Source: Eubacteriales bacterium (GTDB taxonomy: Bacteria; Bacillota; Clostridia; Lachnospirales; Lachnospiraceae). From it: a stretch of 64,000 nucleotides of DNA. The stretch covers positions 5,133 through 69,132 of the forward strand of contig JBNMKO010000003.1 in assembly GCA_050874385.1 (NCBI GenBank). The letters are read 5' to 3'. Under the pieces are notes generated by a model. The model saw only the letters and a program-made list of their open reading frames with translations. It made no database searches and had not been told where the DNA came from. Positions within the stretch are counted from its first letter, which is position 1. The number at the start of each line of letters is the position of its first letter. Made by a program: the position numbers and the translations under genes. This document shows, one piece after another, positions 47,696-56,822 of the stretch.

Positions 47696-48343
47696 TTAGT
47701 TCCATGTCTTTTTGTCGATGAAGTCTGAAACTTTTGTCTTGTATATTAGAAGATACACCATGCGTCCCATGACACATCCGCCGATTACATCTATAAGTGC
47801 ATGCTGTTTTAAGAATATTGTTGAAAAACATATAAGTACGCATAGCACAAGAGAAGCGTTCTTTATAACAGGGCTTTTTATGGCATCGGTCTTGTTGATT
47901 GCCACATGGACACCGATGGAATTGTATACATGTATGCTCGGAAAAACATTTGTCGATGTGTCGGTATTGTACAGCCATGCCACGAGCTTTGTAAAAGGAT
48001 TGTCAGCTACAAGGTTGTCCGGGCGGAAATTGTAAAGTCCGTTTGGAAAAACATAGCATATGACAAGGTATGCGCTCATTCCGATTATGAGAAAGCTCAT
48101 GAGCTTCACAAAATCGCGCTGTGACGCAAATATAAAGTATATGGCACTTACCGCAATGTAGAGAAACCACAGCAGGTAAGGAACTATAAATATCGGAATG
48201 AATGGAATGATGTTATCAATCGGTGAATTGAGTGCCGTAAAATCCGTTGTGACGGTTTTTTCGAGATAGTAAAAACATAACAGGTATACAGGCGTATACA
48301 ATGTAAGCAGTGCGTGCTTGTACTTCTTAATAAATTCTTTCAT
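47696..48343 (-). CDS. PAP2 superfamily phosphatase-like membrane protein
   Basis: About 215 aa and 5-6 TM. FPSIHV and KQHALIDVIGG blocks resemble PAP2 motifs C2/C3. The ATG at 48343 follows GAGGGGAAG. Confidence 0.7.
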   Translation of the reverse strand: MKEFIKKYKHALLTLYTPVYLLCFYYLEKTVTTDFTALNSPIDNIIPFIPIFIVPYLLWFLYIAVSAIYFIFASQRDFVKLMSFLIIGMSAYLVICYVFPNGLYNFRPDNLVADNPFTKLVAWLYNTDTSTNVFPSIHVYNSIGVHVAINKTDAIKSPVIKNASLVLCVLICFSTIFLKQHALIDVIGGCVMGRMVYLLIYKTKVSDFIDKKTWN

Positions 48344-48474
48344 GACTTCCCCTCGTCCTTTTGTGCACATACAATTACATATTTTGTATGTTGATAATGT
48401 AACAAATATTGTACTATGATATCATAGCAGTTAAAGTTTAACAAGAACTTTTTGCGATTTGCAAACATAGTGGA

Positions 48475-48503
48475 TTGATGCTATACTATGGATGCTTTAT
48501 AAT
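48475..48503 (+). promoter_or_regulatory. sigma-70 promoter for the 48531-50753 operon
   Basis: -35 TTGATG (48475-80), 17-nt spacer, -10 TATAAT (48498-503). The -35 is the 3-prime end of a degenerate GATTTGCAAACATA..GATTGATG motif copy (48456-48480). Confidence 0.55.
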
Positions 48504-48530
48504 TACACCAATTAAAAGAGGTTATAAATT

Positions 48531-49163
48531 ATGAAACTTTTGATAAGAAATCTTACAGTAACTGATAGAGATGAGACGCTGCTTGATGAGGCATCATACA
48601 CATTTTATCAGGAAAATGTATATTGCATAAATGCTCCGGAAAAATACAGGGCGGCACTTTTTAACAGCATAGCCTACGGAAAGCAGTCGGATTTTGACAA
48701 AATACAGTTGATATGTGATGGCAACAACTGTATGTCTCCGGCGATGATTGCGCGCTTCAGCGAGGAGCCCTCATTTCCTGAGTTCCTTACAGTGCGTGAG
48801 TTTGTCAAGTATTACATTGACATGAACAAAAGAAGTATTCAGGAAATTAAGACGATAGATGAATATCTTGAGATGGTCGAGCTTTCCGATATAAGAGGGG
48901 ACAGACTGATAAGGGATTTCACATGGGATGAGAGGGTGAGACTTCAATTCCTTTGTTTCCTTATAAACAAACCGCCTGTGCTCATAATAGACAGTATAAA
49001 AAATATCACAAATGTTGAATTTTTGAAAAAGGTAAAAAAATATCTGGACTGCATTAAAGAGAGCAGTATAATTCTCCTTGGATGTACGGACGAATCGATA
49101 GCGGTTTTTCTAAGCGATGAGGAGCTTACTGTTGTGGATGGAAAATTTCAGGGAGGGAGATAG
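48531..49163 (+). CDS. ABC-ATPase-like protein with all catalytic motifs degenerate
   Basis: NBD-like layout (LLIRNLTV, ...LTVREFVKYY..., VLIIDS, ILLGCTD). Walker A is replaced by INAPEKYRAAL, the signature by FTWDERVRL, Walker B lacks the Glu, and the H-loop His is absent. Confidence 0.55.
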   Translation: MKLLIRNLTVTDRDETLLDEASYTFYQENVYCINAPEKYRAALFNSIAYGKQSDFDKIQLICDGNNCMSPAMIARFSEEPSFPEFLTVREFVKYYIDMNKRSIQEIKTIDEYLEMVELSDIRGDRLIRDFTWDERVRLQFLCFLINKPPVLIIDSIKNITNVEFLKKVKKYLDCIKESSIILLGCTDESIAVFLSDEELTVVDGKFQGGR

Positions 49164-50753
49164 ATGGTAAAGAGGATATTGTATCAGTTTCTCCTTGAGG
49201 CGGACAATGACGTGGGAAGGTTGAAGAACACGTTCCACATAAAAGCTTCACATAAGGACACAGGGAATGACAGCACTGTCGCGGGCTATTCGATTGCAAA
49301 TGCGGTGCTCAAAATTATTTTTGACATAATCACAAAGATTGTGTATGTATTTTTGTTTATGTACCTTCCGTACAGAATATTTTCGGCTATAAGTGTATGG
49401 GAGGGATTTCAGCTAAGACAGTCGATGGTCTATTTTACATGCCTGTTAAGCTGTATCTGCGGCTCACTCATCAATTCGGGAGTGTTTGATGTGGACGAGG
49501 ATGCAAGGACTTTGTTCGCCACGATGCAGATTGATGTGTCACTGTTTTTTAAGGAGAGAATAGTATATAAGCTGTTGATTGACGGGCTTGGATTTGGAAT
49601 TGCGTACTGCATTATTGGAGTGGATTTTGGACATGCCTTTTATCTTGCATTGTGGGTGATTATCTCAAGAATTATAGGGGAGCTTATAAATCTGTATGTG
49701 TTCCGCTATACCGGAAAATCCATAAGCGAGAATACTATTGTCACAATAGCCATTATGGCTACATGCGTGTTTATGGCGTATGCTTTTCCTTTTTTGAGAA
49801 ACAGGGTTGTTGACCTTACAGACTGCGTGTACAGTTATATTTGGATTTTGGCGGCGCTTATACTTGCGGCTGTGGCTCTGTATGTGCTTTTTAACTATAC
49901 CGATTACGGTTATATAGCACAAAACTATATGGAGCGCATGAAAGATGAGGATGCAGCCGGAAATGATGATGCCGACGCATACGACGGAATGATGATAAGT
50001 GAGTATTCAAAAAACGGATATTTCAAAAGATTTGACAAGGACAAGGCGAAGGGGCTTGAGTATCTGCACAAGATATTTTTTACCAGAAACCTTGATTTTA
50101 TAAGAAGTATATTGGCTGTCAGATGTGTTCTCATAGTTATAGCCGGGGTGGTGGGCGTTATAATATGCCTTATGTCGCCGGAGGAGACCAAAAACACGAT
50201 ATGGTCGGTAATTTGTGATGCACTTCCGATAATGGTATTCATCATGTACTGTCTTTCAGTCACGCCAAAGCTGTGCAAATCAATGTTCTGCTATATAGAC
50301 AAGGATGTTTTGGAGTCGGGGACATATACCGGGAAGAGATATAATTTTATGAACTATGCCATAAGGCTCAAGATGCTCGCGGGCTGTGAACTGGTTCAGG
50401 CGGTTGTCATGTGCATAGCGTTTATCGTTGTGGGCGTAGCCACCGGAAACGCAAAAAACATTTCGGCGATAATTCCGGTTTGTGTCGGAATAGTAATGCT
50501 GTCGTTGTTCTATGCGGTGTTCAATCTGCTGGTGTATTATATCTGCCAGCCTTACACCAAGGAGCTTAAAATTAAAGGCTATACATTTTTTGCCGCCAAC
50601 GCAGGCATTCTTGTGATATGCTACGGCTGTGTTTACATTGATTGTACAGCAGTTGTGTTTGATATAGTTTTGGGGCTTGTGGTAGCTGTTATGCTCAGTC
50701 TTTCCTCCACATTGGTGTATTATTTCTCGGATAAGACATTCGATGTGAGATGA
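49164..50753 (+). CDS. 529-aa polytopic membrane protein (two multi-TM halves joined by an acidic cytoplasmic linker)
   Basis: The start codon follows the stop of the previous gene with no intervening nucleotide. About 10-12 predicted TM. Central linker MERMKDEDAAGNDDADAYDG. No recognisable catalytic motif. Confidence 0.55.
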   Translation: MVKRILYQFLLEADNDVGRLKNTFHIKASHKDTGNDSTVAGYSIANAVLKIIFDIITKIVYVFLFMYLPYRIFSAISVWEGFQLRQSMVYFTCLLSCICGSLINSGVFDVDEDARTLFATMQIDVSLFFKERIVYKLLIDGLGFGIAYCIIGVDFGHAFYLALWVIISRIIGELINLYVFRYTGKSISENTIVTIAIMATCVFMAYAFPFLRNRVVDLTDCVYSYIWILAALILAAVALYVLFNYTDYGYIAQNYMERMKDEDAAGNDDADAYDGMMISEYSKNGYFKRFDKDKAKGLEYLHKIFFTRNLDFIRSILAVRCVLIVIAGVVGVIICLMSPEETKNTIWSVICDALPIMVFIMYCLSVTPKLCKSMFCYIDKDVLESGTYTGKRYNFMNYAIRLKMLAGCELVQAVVMCIAFIVVGVATGNAKNISAIIPVCVGIVMLSLFYAVFNLLVYYICQPYTKELKIKGYTFFAANAGILVICYGCVYIDCTAVVFDIVLGLVVAVMLSLSSTLVYYFSDKTFDVR

Positions 50754-50796
50754 TTTTTGTGATAGGTAAATAATTTAAAAAAAGTTAAAAAAGTTG

Positions 50797-50825
50797 TTGA
50801 CATTTGTTTGTTGTAGTGCTATATT
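50797..50825 (+). promoter_or_regulatory. strong stable-RNA-type promoter for tRNA-Val and tRNA-Met
   Basis: A-rich UP-like tract, -35 TTGACA (50797-802), 17 nt, -10 TATATT (50820-25). Confidence 0.65.
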
Positions 50826-50868
50826 AATTAAGCAAGCTGATTGACAGCGAGCAGACAAAACAACTTAT

Positions 50869-50941
50869 GGGGTCTTAGCTCAGCTGGGAGAGCATCTGCC
50901 TTACAAGCAGAGGGTCATAGGTTCGAGCCCTATAGGCCCCA
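50869..50941 (+). tRNA. tRNA-Val (anticodon TAC)
   Basis: Full cloverleaf drawn by hand: acceptor GGGGTCT/AGGCCCC, D arm GCTC..GAGC, anticodon arm TCTGC-CTTACAA-GCAGA, T arm ATAGG-TTCGAGC-CCTAT. No encoded CCA. Confidence 0.9.
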
Positions 50942-50959
50942 TACATATCAATTTAATAT

Positions 50960-51033
50960 GGCGAGATAGCTCAGTTGGCTAGAGCACATGGTTCATACCC
51001 ATGGTGTCGGGAGTTCGAATCTCTTTCTCGCTA
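50960..51033 (+). tRNA. tRNA-Met (anticodon CAT), elongator-like
   Basis: Acceptor GGCGAGA/TCTCGCT, anticodon arm CATGG-TTCATAC-CCATG, T loop TTCGAAT. A lysidine-modified tRNA-Ile2 cannot be excluded from sequence alone. Confidence 0.85.
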
Positions 51034-51040
51034 CTAAGTG

Positions 51041-51070
51041 ACCGGAGATGATGAGTCTCCGGTTTTGTGT
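51041..51070 (+). terminator. intrinsic terminator after tRNA-Met
   Basis: ACCGGAG-ATGATGAGT-CTCCGGT followed by TTTGTGTTT. Confidence 0.75.
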
Positions 51071-51208
51071 TTGGCAATAAACGATATGTATTTGAGAGCA
51101 TTATGCTGAACTTAACAGGAGTGTGTAGTGTCTTTATGTATAAAATAATAGTTTCTTGGTCTGAAATTGAATATACAATATAAAAAATTAAAAAAATACA
51201 AAAAATTG

Positions 51209-51237
51209 TTGACATTTGTTTGAGATAATGTTATATT
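51209..51237 (+). promoter_or_regulatory. second stable-RNA-type promoter (paralog of 50797)
   Basis: GTTGACATTTGTTTG is shared with the first promoter. -35 TTGACA (51209-14), 17 nt, -10 TATATT (51232-37). A-rich upstream tract. Confidence 0.65.
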
Positions 51238-51299
51238 ATCAGAGCAAGTTAATTGTACAGGCAGTTATAAGTTTTATAATTATCTGCAAATATTGATAT

Positions 51300-51373
51300 G
51301 GCGAGATAGCTCAGTTGGCTAGAGCACATGGTTCATACCCATGGTGTCGGGAGTTCGAATCTCTTTCTCGCTA
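51300..51373 (+). tRNA. tRNA-Met (anticodon CAT), identical second copy
   Basis: 74 nt identical to 50960-51033. Confidence 0.85.
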
Positions 51374-51380
51374 CTGGATG

Positions 51381-51408
51381 ACCGGAGATGATGAGTCTCC
51401 GGTTTTTT
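51381..51408 (+). terminator. intrinsic terminator after the second tRNA-Met
   Basis: Same ACCGGAG..CTCCGGT hairpin, followed by TTTTTT. Confidence 0.8.
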
Positions 51409-51570
51409 GCATAATTAAAAAAGTATGTGCTATAAATTTTTAGGTGAGTCTTATTGACAATAATTTCAAATGTTTTTCTCTTGACAAAGAGGGCGGACAG
51501 ATTGTACCATTTTGGATATAAAATTTATGTCCATGTGGTAAGGCTTTTGGACTTTGAGTGGAGGGTTATT

Positions 51571-52149
51571 ATGAGAGTAGGAATGGGATATGATGTTCAC
51601 AGGCTTGTGCCTGACCGTGATTTGATTATAGGAGGAGTTAAAATTCCTTATGAGAAAGGGCTTTTGGGACATTCGGATGCGGATGTGCTTTTACATGCGA
51701 TTATGGATGCGCTTTTGGGTGCGGCGGCCCTTGGCGATATAGGAAAGCATTTTCCTGACACAGACCCGCAGTACAGTGGGGCTGACAGTCTTATGCTTCT
51801 TAGAAAGGTGGGCGAGCTTTTGTCCGAGGAGGGCTATGTTATCGAGAATATCGACAGCACCATTATCGCGCAGAAGCCTAAGATGGCACCGCATATTGAG
51901 CAGATGAGAAAGAACATTGCGGACACGTTAGGGCTTGATATAAGCCGCGTTAACGTCAAGGCAACCACCGAGGAGGGGCTTGGCTTTACAGGAACTGGTG
52001 AGGGAATTTCCTCGCAGGCAGTGGCTCTTATAATGTCCGTTGAGAACTATATTTACGACAATATTTCAAGGGGGCAGTTCATATCGAGCGAGCCGTCTTC
52101 TGTGAATGCCGGCGGATGTGCGGGATGCAGTGGATGTGCCAAGCGATAA
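51571..52149 (+). CDS. ispF: 2-C-methyl-D-erythritol 2,4-cyclodiphosphate synthase with a 37-aa Cys-rich C-terminal extension
   Basis: [23 protein letters not shown] and [10 protein letters not shown] blocks. The ATG at 51571 follows GAGTGGAGGG. The tail ends [12 protein letters not shown]. Confidence 0.9.
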   Translation: MRVGMGYDVHRLVPDRDLIIGGVKIPYEKGLLGHSDADVLLHAIMDALLGAAALGDIGKHFPDTDPQYSGADSLMLLRKVGELLSEEGYVIENIDSTIIAQKPKMAPHIEQMRKNIADTLGLDISRVNVKATTEEGLGFTGTGEGISSQAVALIMSVENYIYDNISRGQFISSEPSSVNAGGCAGCSGCAKR

Positions 52150-52329
52150 AAAATGATTGACAAATCCGACTTTGGTGCATATTCTAATAATGTGATGTGA
52201 GCTTTAAAAGGTAAAAAGCTTTTTGTGACTGTGTGATAAGGCTTTTTAATGTGACGAAGCATCATGTTATGGTTAAAAATTTTTGACTATAATAGCAATT
52301 TATGGAATTGCTGTAATATATGTAAATGC

Positions 52330-52590
52330 TTAGATGGAAAAGAGTAGCGAGATACCCGCTGTCACAGAGAGAAGAACTCATCAAGTACGATGAAGCTGGA
52401 AGTTCTTTACACGGATTTTGCGAAGTGCGTTCCTGAGCATGGCGGGGGAAATGAGTATCCTGCCACGGCTGACACCGTTAACCGTCGTCGAGATAGTAGA
52501 AGATTGTTTTTTGTGGCATATCTTCTTTCTAAGTAGAGTGGAACCGCGATAACCTTGCCTCTATAGTGATATAGTGGCGAGGTTTTTATT
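52330..52590 (+). promoter_or_regulatory. T-box leader (probable Cys specifier UGC) with terminator
   Basis: AGAGA bulge sequence (about 52366). Stem I helix AAGAACT/AGTTCTT. Two UGC triplets on the 3-prime side of stem I (UUUUGCG, AAGUGCG). T-box sequence AGAGTGGAACCGCG (52535-48). Terminator CCTTGCCTCTATA-GTGA-TATAGTGGCGAGG plus TTTTT (52553-87). Confidence 0.8.
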
Positions 52591-52635
52591 ATATAATATT
52601 ATACTACATAAGCATATATTAAAAAGGAGAAGCTC

Positions 52636-53262
52636 ATGTTTGACACTATTAAGCAGGAGATTGCTATAATACGCGACAGAGACCCGGCAATCAAGTCGGA
52701 TATGGAGGTGTTTTTGTACCCCTCCTTCAAGGCTATTTTAAAATATAGAAAAGCGCATAAGCTCTATGAAAAAAAACATTATTTTCGCGCACGCCTCATA
52801 TCACAGAGGGCTGCGAGAAAGACCGGAATAGAAATTCATCCCGGGGCAAAAATAGGAAAGGGGCTTTTTATAGACCACGGACACGGGGTTGTTATAGGTG
52901 AGACCGCGATTATCGGGGACAATGTTACTCTCTATCAGGGGGTTACGCTTGGAGGTACCGGAAAGCAGAAGGGCAAGAGACATCCGACGCTCGAGGACAA
53001 CGTGATGGTCGGCTGCGGCGCGAAGGTGCTGGGCGACATAACAATCGGTGCCAATTCCATGATAGGTGCGGGCTCGGTTGTGTTGAATGATGTGCCGCCC
53101 AATTCTACAGTCGTAGGCGTTCCGGGGCGCGTGGTAAAGCGCGACAACGTGAAGATACCAAGCGTTGACCTTGACCAGGTGCATCTGCCTGACCCGGTTA
53201 TGAACGATATACAGCAGCTTAAAGAGACAGTCGCAAGGCTTGTAAAACAAATGGAGGAATAG
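52636..53262 (+). CDS. cysE: serine O-acetyltransferase
   Basis: 208 aa. Hexapeptide repeats (GIEIHPGAKIGKGLFIDHGHGVVIGETAIIGDNVTLYQGVTLGG). Confidence 0.92.
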   Translation: MFDTIKQEIAIIRDRDPAIKSDMEVFLYPSFKAILKYRKAHKLYEKKHYFRARLISQRAARKTGIEIHPGAKIGKGLFIDHGHGVVIGETAIIGDNVTLYQGVTLGGTGKQKGKRHPTLEDNVMVGCGAKVLGDITIGANSMIGAGSVVLNDVPPNSTVVGVPGRVVKRDNVKIPSVDLDQVHLPDPVMNDIQQLKETVARLVKQMEE

Positions 53263-53268
53263 ATTACA

Positions 53269-54690
53269 ATGGAAAACAGAATACGTTTTTTTAACACACT
53301 TACAAGAAATGTGGAGCTTTTTGTTCCAAATGAGGACGGAAAGGTTAAGATGTACACTTGTGGGCCTACAGTGTATCACTATGCACACATTGGAAATCTC
53401 AGAAGTTATATAATGGAGGACATTCTTGAGAAGACACTCCGCTATGTCGGCTACGATGTAAAGAGAGTTATGAACATCACAGATGTCGGACATCTCTCAA
53501 GCGATGCCGACACGGGCGAGGATAAGATGTTAAAGGGTGCAAAGAGAGAGCACAAGACAGTCATGGAGATTGCAAAGTTTTACACGGACGCATTTTTGTC
53601 CGACTGCAACAAGCTAAACATCCGCATACCGGACGTTGTTGAGCCTGCAACCAACTGCATACCTGAGTTTATCAACATGGTCAGCGTGCTTCTCGAGAAG
53701 GGCTACGCTTACATTGCGGGCGAGAATGTATATTTTGACACCTCAAAACTCAAGGACTACTATGTGTTCTCAAGCCAGAGCGAGAAGGAGCTTATGGTAG
53801 GAGTGCGCGATGACGTGAGCGAGGACACCAACAAGAGAAACAAGGCAGACTTTGTTCTGTGGTTTACAAAGTCGAAGTTCGACAATCAGGAGCTTAAATG
53901 GGATAGCCCTTGGGGTGTGGGCTATCCGGGCTGGCATATCGAGTGCTCCTGCATAAGCATGAAGCATCTTGGAGAGTACATGGATATCCACTGCGGCGGC
54001 GTGGACAACATTTTCCCTCATCACACCAACGAGATTGCACAGAGTGAGTCATATCTTGGACATAAGTGGTGCAATTATTGGTTCCATGTTCACCATTTGA
54101 ATGACAAGACAGGAAAGATGAGCAAGTCCACGGGAAATATTCTCACCGTCTCAGTGCTTGAGGAGAAGGGCTATGACCCGCTTGTGTACAGAATGTTCTG
54201 CTTGCAGTCACATTACCGCAAGCCGCTTGAGTTTTCATACGAGATTATGGACAATGTGGCAGCAGCTTACAACAAGCTTGTGAAAAAGATTGGAACCCTA
54301 AAGGACGAGGGCGAGGTTGACAAGGAGGCATTTGACAAGTTTAAGGAGAGCTTTATTGATGCGCTTGCCAACGATATCAACACTTCAAGCGCTCTCACTG
54401 TCGTGTATGATGTGCTCAGAGCCGACTGCAACGACAAGACAAAGCTTGAACTCATAAAGAGCTTTGACGAGGTGCTGTCACTCAATCTCACAAGAGAGTG
54501 CGGAAAAGCAGATGCCGCAAATGATGTTGATGATGAACTTTCACAGTTTGTTCTCGCAAAGATTGAGGAGCGCAAGGCGGCAAAGAAGGAGAAGGACTTT
54601 GCCAAGGCTGATGCAATCCGCGAGGAGCTTCTTTCAAAGGGCATTGTGATAAAAGACACAAGAGAAGGAACAGTGTGGGAGAAGGCATAA
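53269..54690 (+). CDS. cysS: cysteine--tRNA ligase
   Basis: 473 aa. HIGN (HYAHIGN) and KMSKS motifs, CPGWHIEC zinc site. Confidence 0.95.
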   Translation: MENRIRFFNTLTRNVELFVPNEDGKVKMYTCGPTVYHYAHIGNLRSYIMEDILEKTLRYVGYDVKRVMNITDVGHLSSDADTGEDKMLKGAKREHKTVMEIAKFYTDAFLSDCNKLNIRIPDVVEPATNCIPEFINMVSVLLEKGYAYIAGENVYFDTSKLKDYYVFSSQSEKELMVGVRDDVSEDTNKRNKADFVLWFTKSKFDNQELKWDSPWGVGYPGWHIECSCISMKHLGEYMDIHCGGVDNIFPHHTNEIAQSESYLGHKWCNYWFHVHHLNDKTGKMSKSTGNILTVSVLEEKGYDPLVYRMFCLQSHYRKPLEFSYEIMDNVAAAYNKLVKKIGTLKDEGEVDKEAFDKFKESFIDALANDINTSSALTVVYDVLRADCNDKTKLELIKSFDEVLSLNLTRECGKADAANDVDDELSQFVLAKIEERKAAKKEKDFAKADAIREELLSKGIVIKDTREGTVWEKA

Positions 54691-55115
54691 TGGACAAGGT
54701 AATCCGTGAAGTATTTGAATTAAAGGATGTGGACGCTGACAGCTATTCACCGCTCACGCTTGCATATATAGGCGATTGTGTGTACGAGCTTACAATAAGG
54801 ACATTGCTTGTGAATAAAGGAAACGCCCCGGTAAACAAGCTCAACAAAAAGGCGAGCGACCTTGCCAAAGCCCCGACCCAGTCGAAAATGATAAACATGC
54901 TTGTGGAAGATGGGCTCCTCACCGAGCAGGAGCTCGCTGTATACAAAAGAGGGCGCAACGCGAAATCTTTTTCCACCGCAAAAAATGCGACTGTGAGCGA
55001 CTACCGCCGCGCGACAGGCTTTGAGGCTCTTATGGGCTGGCTCTATCTGAAAGGGGAGAGCCAACGCGCCCTAGAGATAATCAAGCTTGCATTTGATAAA
55101 CTTGAACTGATTTGA
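54690..55115 (+). CDS. mrnC: mini-ribonuclease III
   Basis: About 141 aa. LAYIGDCVYEL motif. TAATG overlap with cysS. Conserved position after cysS. Confidence 0.85.
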   Translation: MDKVIREVFELKDVDADSYSPLTLAYIGDCVYELTIRTLLVNKGNAPVNKLNKKASDLAKAPTQSKMINMLVEDGLLTEQELAVYKRGRNAKSFSTAKNATVSDYRRATGFEALMGWLYLKGESQRALEIIKLAFDKLELI

Positions 55116-55133
55116 TTAAGAAAGGAAAATTCG

Positions 55134-55880
55134 ATGAGATACGAAGAATACACGATAGAGGGCCGCAACGCCGTCATAGAGGCGTTCCGTTCCGGAAAAA
55201 CCATAGACAAGCTATATGTATTGGATGGCTGTCAGGATGGCCCGATAAAGACGATAGTGCGCGAGGCGAAGAAGGGCGATACGATAATCAACTTTGTGAC
55301 GAAGGAAAGACTTGACGAGATGAGCCAGACAGGTCATCATCAGGGCGCGATTGCAAAGGCAGCAGCATACGAGTATGCGGAGGTTTCCGATATTTTGGAC
55401 GCGGCAAAGGCTAAGGGTGAGCCGCCTTTTATACTTCTTCTTGACGGTATAGAAGACCCTCACAATCTTGGCGCAATCATAAGAACTGCAAATCTTGCGG
55501 GCGCACACGGTGTAATTATACCTAAGCGCCGCGCTGTAGGACTCACGGCTGTAGTTGCAAAGACAAGCGCGGGGGCGATTAATTACACACCTGTGGCAAA
55601 AGTAACCAACCTTGCAGCTACAATCGACGAGCTTAAAAAGCAGGGAATGTGGTTTGTGTGCGCTGACATGGGCGGGGAGCTTATGTACAGACAGAACCTC
55701 ACAGGGCCTATCGGACTTGTAATAGGCAATGAGGGCGAGGGCGTGAGCCGCCTAATAAAGGAAAAGTGCGATTTTATAACCTCAATACCTATGAAGGGCG
55801 ATATCGACTCACTTAATGCGTCTGTTGCGGCAGGTATTCTTTCTTATGAGATTGTTCGTCAGAGGATGATGAGCAAGTAA
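55134..55880 (+). CDS. rlmB: 23S rRNA (guanosine-2-prime-O)-methyltransferase RlmB (SpoU/TrmH family)
   Basis: 248 aa. SpoU_sub_bind N-terminus, DGIEDPHNLGAIIRT and GNEGEGVS motifs. Confidence 0.85.
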   Translation: MRYEEYTIEGRNAVIEAFRSGKTIDKLYVLDGCQDGPIKTIVREAKKGDTIINFVTKERLDEMSQTGHHQGAIAKAAAYEYAEVSDILDAAKAKGEPPFILLLDGIEDPHNLGAIIRTANLAGAHGVIIPKRRAVGLTAVVAKTSAGAINYTPVAKVTNLAATIDELKKQGMWFVCADMGGELMYRQNLTGPIGLVIGNEGEGVSRLIKEKCDFITSIPMKGDIDSLNASVAAGILSYEIVRQRMMSK

Positions 55881-55978
55881 GAAACTGATGCCTGTAAAAT
55901 GCAATCCTTTACGGTTGGGCGGATTAAAGGAAACCCATTGACTTTAGACAATGGGTATTCACATGGAGATTTTGTCAG

Positions 55979-56599
55979 ATGGAAAAAAAGAACTATAAGA
56001 AATGTTCCGACGAGCTGCTCGTAAAGATGGCAAGGGAGGGCGACGAGGGGGCGGAGGAGTTTTTGTTAAAGAAATACAAGGACTTTGTGCGCTCAAAGGC
56101 GAGAACTTATTTCCTTGTCGGGGGCGACAGCGACGATTTGATACAGGAGGGAATGATAGGTCTTTACAATGCGATAGGTCACTATGATGAGAGCAAAGCG
56201 TCATCTTTTATGACCTATGCTGCAATCTGCATAAACAATAAGCTTATCTCGGCTGTGTCGGCGGATGCCAGAAAGAAAAATGCACCTCTTAACGGATATG
56301 TGTCTATATACAGCATGATAACCGACGAGACGGGCGCGGAGGCACCGCTCTCGGATGTGCTTCCCGACACGGAAAATATCAATCCGGAGTCAATAATACT
56401 CAACGAGGAGCAGGAAAAGCTCACGGTAAGCCATATGATGGGAAAACTCAGTAAGCTTGAAAAGGAGATTTTGTCATACTATCTTGAGGGAATGAGCTAT
56501 CTTGAGATTTCCGAGATTATAGGAAAGCCCGAGAAATCCGTGGATAATGCCATACAGAGGATAAGGCTCAAGATGAACCGCTATAACGGAAAAGTATGA
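55979..56599 (+). CDS. sigH: RNA polymerase sigma-H factor
   Basis: 206 aa. Region 2 (DLIQEGMIGLYNAIGHYD) and region 4 HTH (MSYLEISEIIGKPEKSVDNAIQRIR). Conserved cysS-mrnC-rlmB-sigH synteny of Firmicutes. Confidence 0.8.
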   Translation: MEKKNYKKCSDELLVKMAREGDEGAEEFLLKKYKDFVRSKARTYFLVGGDSDDLIQEGMIGLYNAIGHYDESKASSFMTYAAICINNKLISAVSADARKKNAPLNGYVSIYSMITDETGAEAPLSDVLPDTENINPESIILNEEQEKLTVSHMMGKLSKLEKEILSYYLEGMSYLEISEIIGKPEKSVDNAIQRIRLKMNRYNGKV

Positions 56600-56670
56600 A
56601 GAAATACAATCTGTATGAAAAATGTAATGTTCCTACGAAAAATGCAGTATAACAAATTTCAAATAATTCC

Positions 56671-56699
56671 TTGACAAAAATAAAAAGATTTGTTAATAT
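56671..56699 (+). promoter_or_regulatory. sigma-70 promoter for tRNA-Thr
   Basis: -35 TTGACA (56671-76), 17 nt, -10 TAATAT (56694-99). Confidence 0.55.
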
Positions 56700-56739
56700 A
56701 TGAACTCGGGTGATGCAAGTGCATCTGCCCGTTCATGTT

Positions 56740-56812
56740 GCTACTATGGCTCAGTCGGTAGAGCGTCGCCTTGGTAAGGCGGAGGTCACGGGTTCGATTC
56801 CCGTTAGTAGCT
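56740..56812 (+). tRNA. tRNA-Thr (anticodon GGT)
   Basis: Acceptor GCTACTA/TAGTAGC, D arm GCTC..GAGC, anticodon loop TTGGTAA, T arm ACGGG-TTCGATT-CCCGT. Confidence 0.9.
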
Positions 56813-56822
56813 TGCGCGAGAG

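Noticed and set aside
50979-51215. 78-aa minus-strand ORF across the tRNA cluster.
   Set aside because: It overlaps tRNA-Met, its terminator and the second tRNA promoter, which makes a coding role implausible.
52801-53493. 230-aa and 140-aa minus-strand ORFs across cysE and cysS.
   Set aside because: They are antisense to cysE hexapeptide repeats and the cysS N-terminus. The forward genes are unambiguous.
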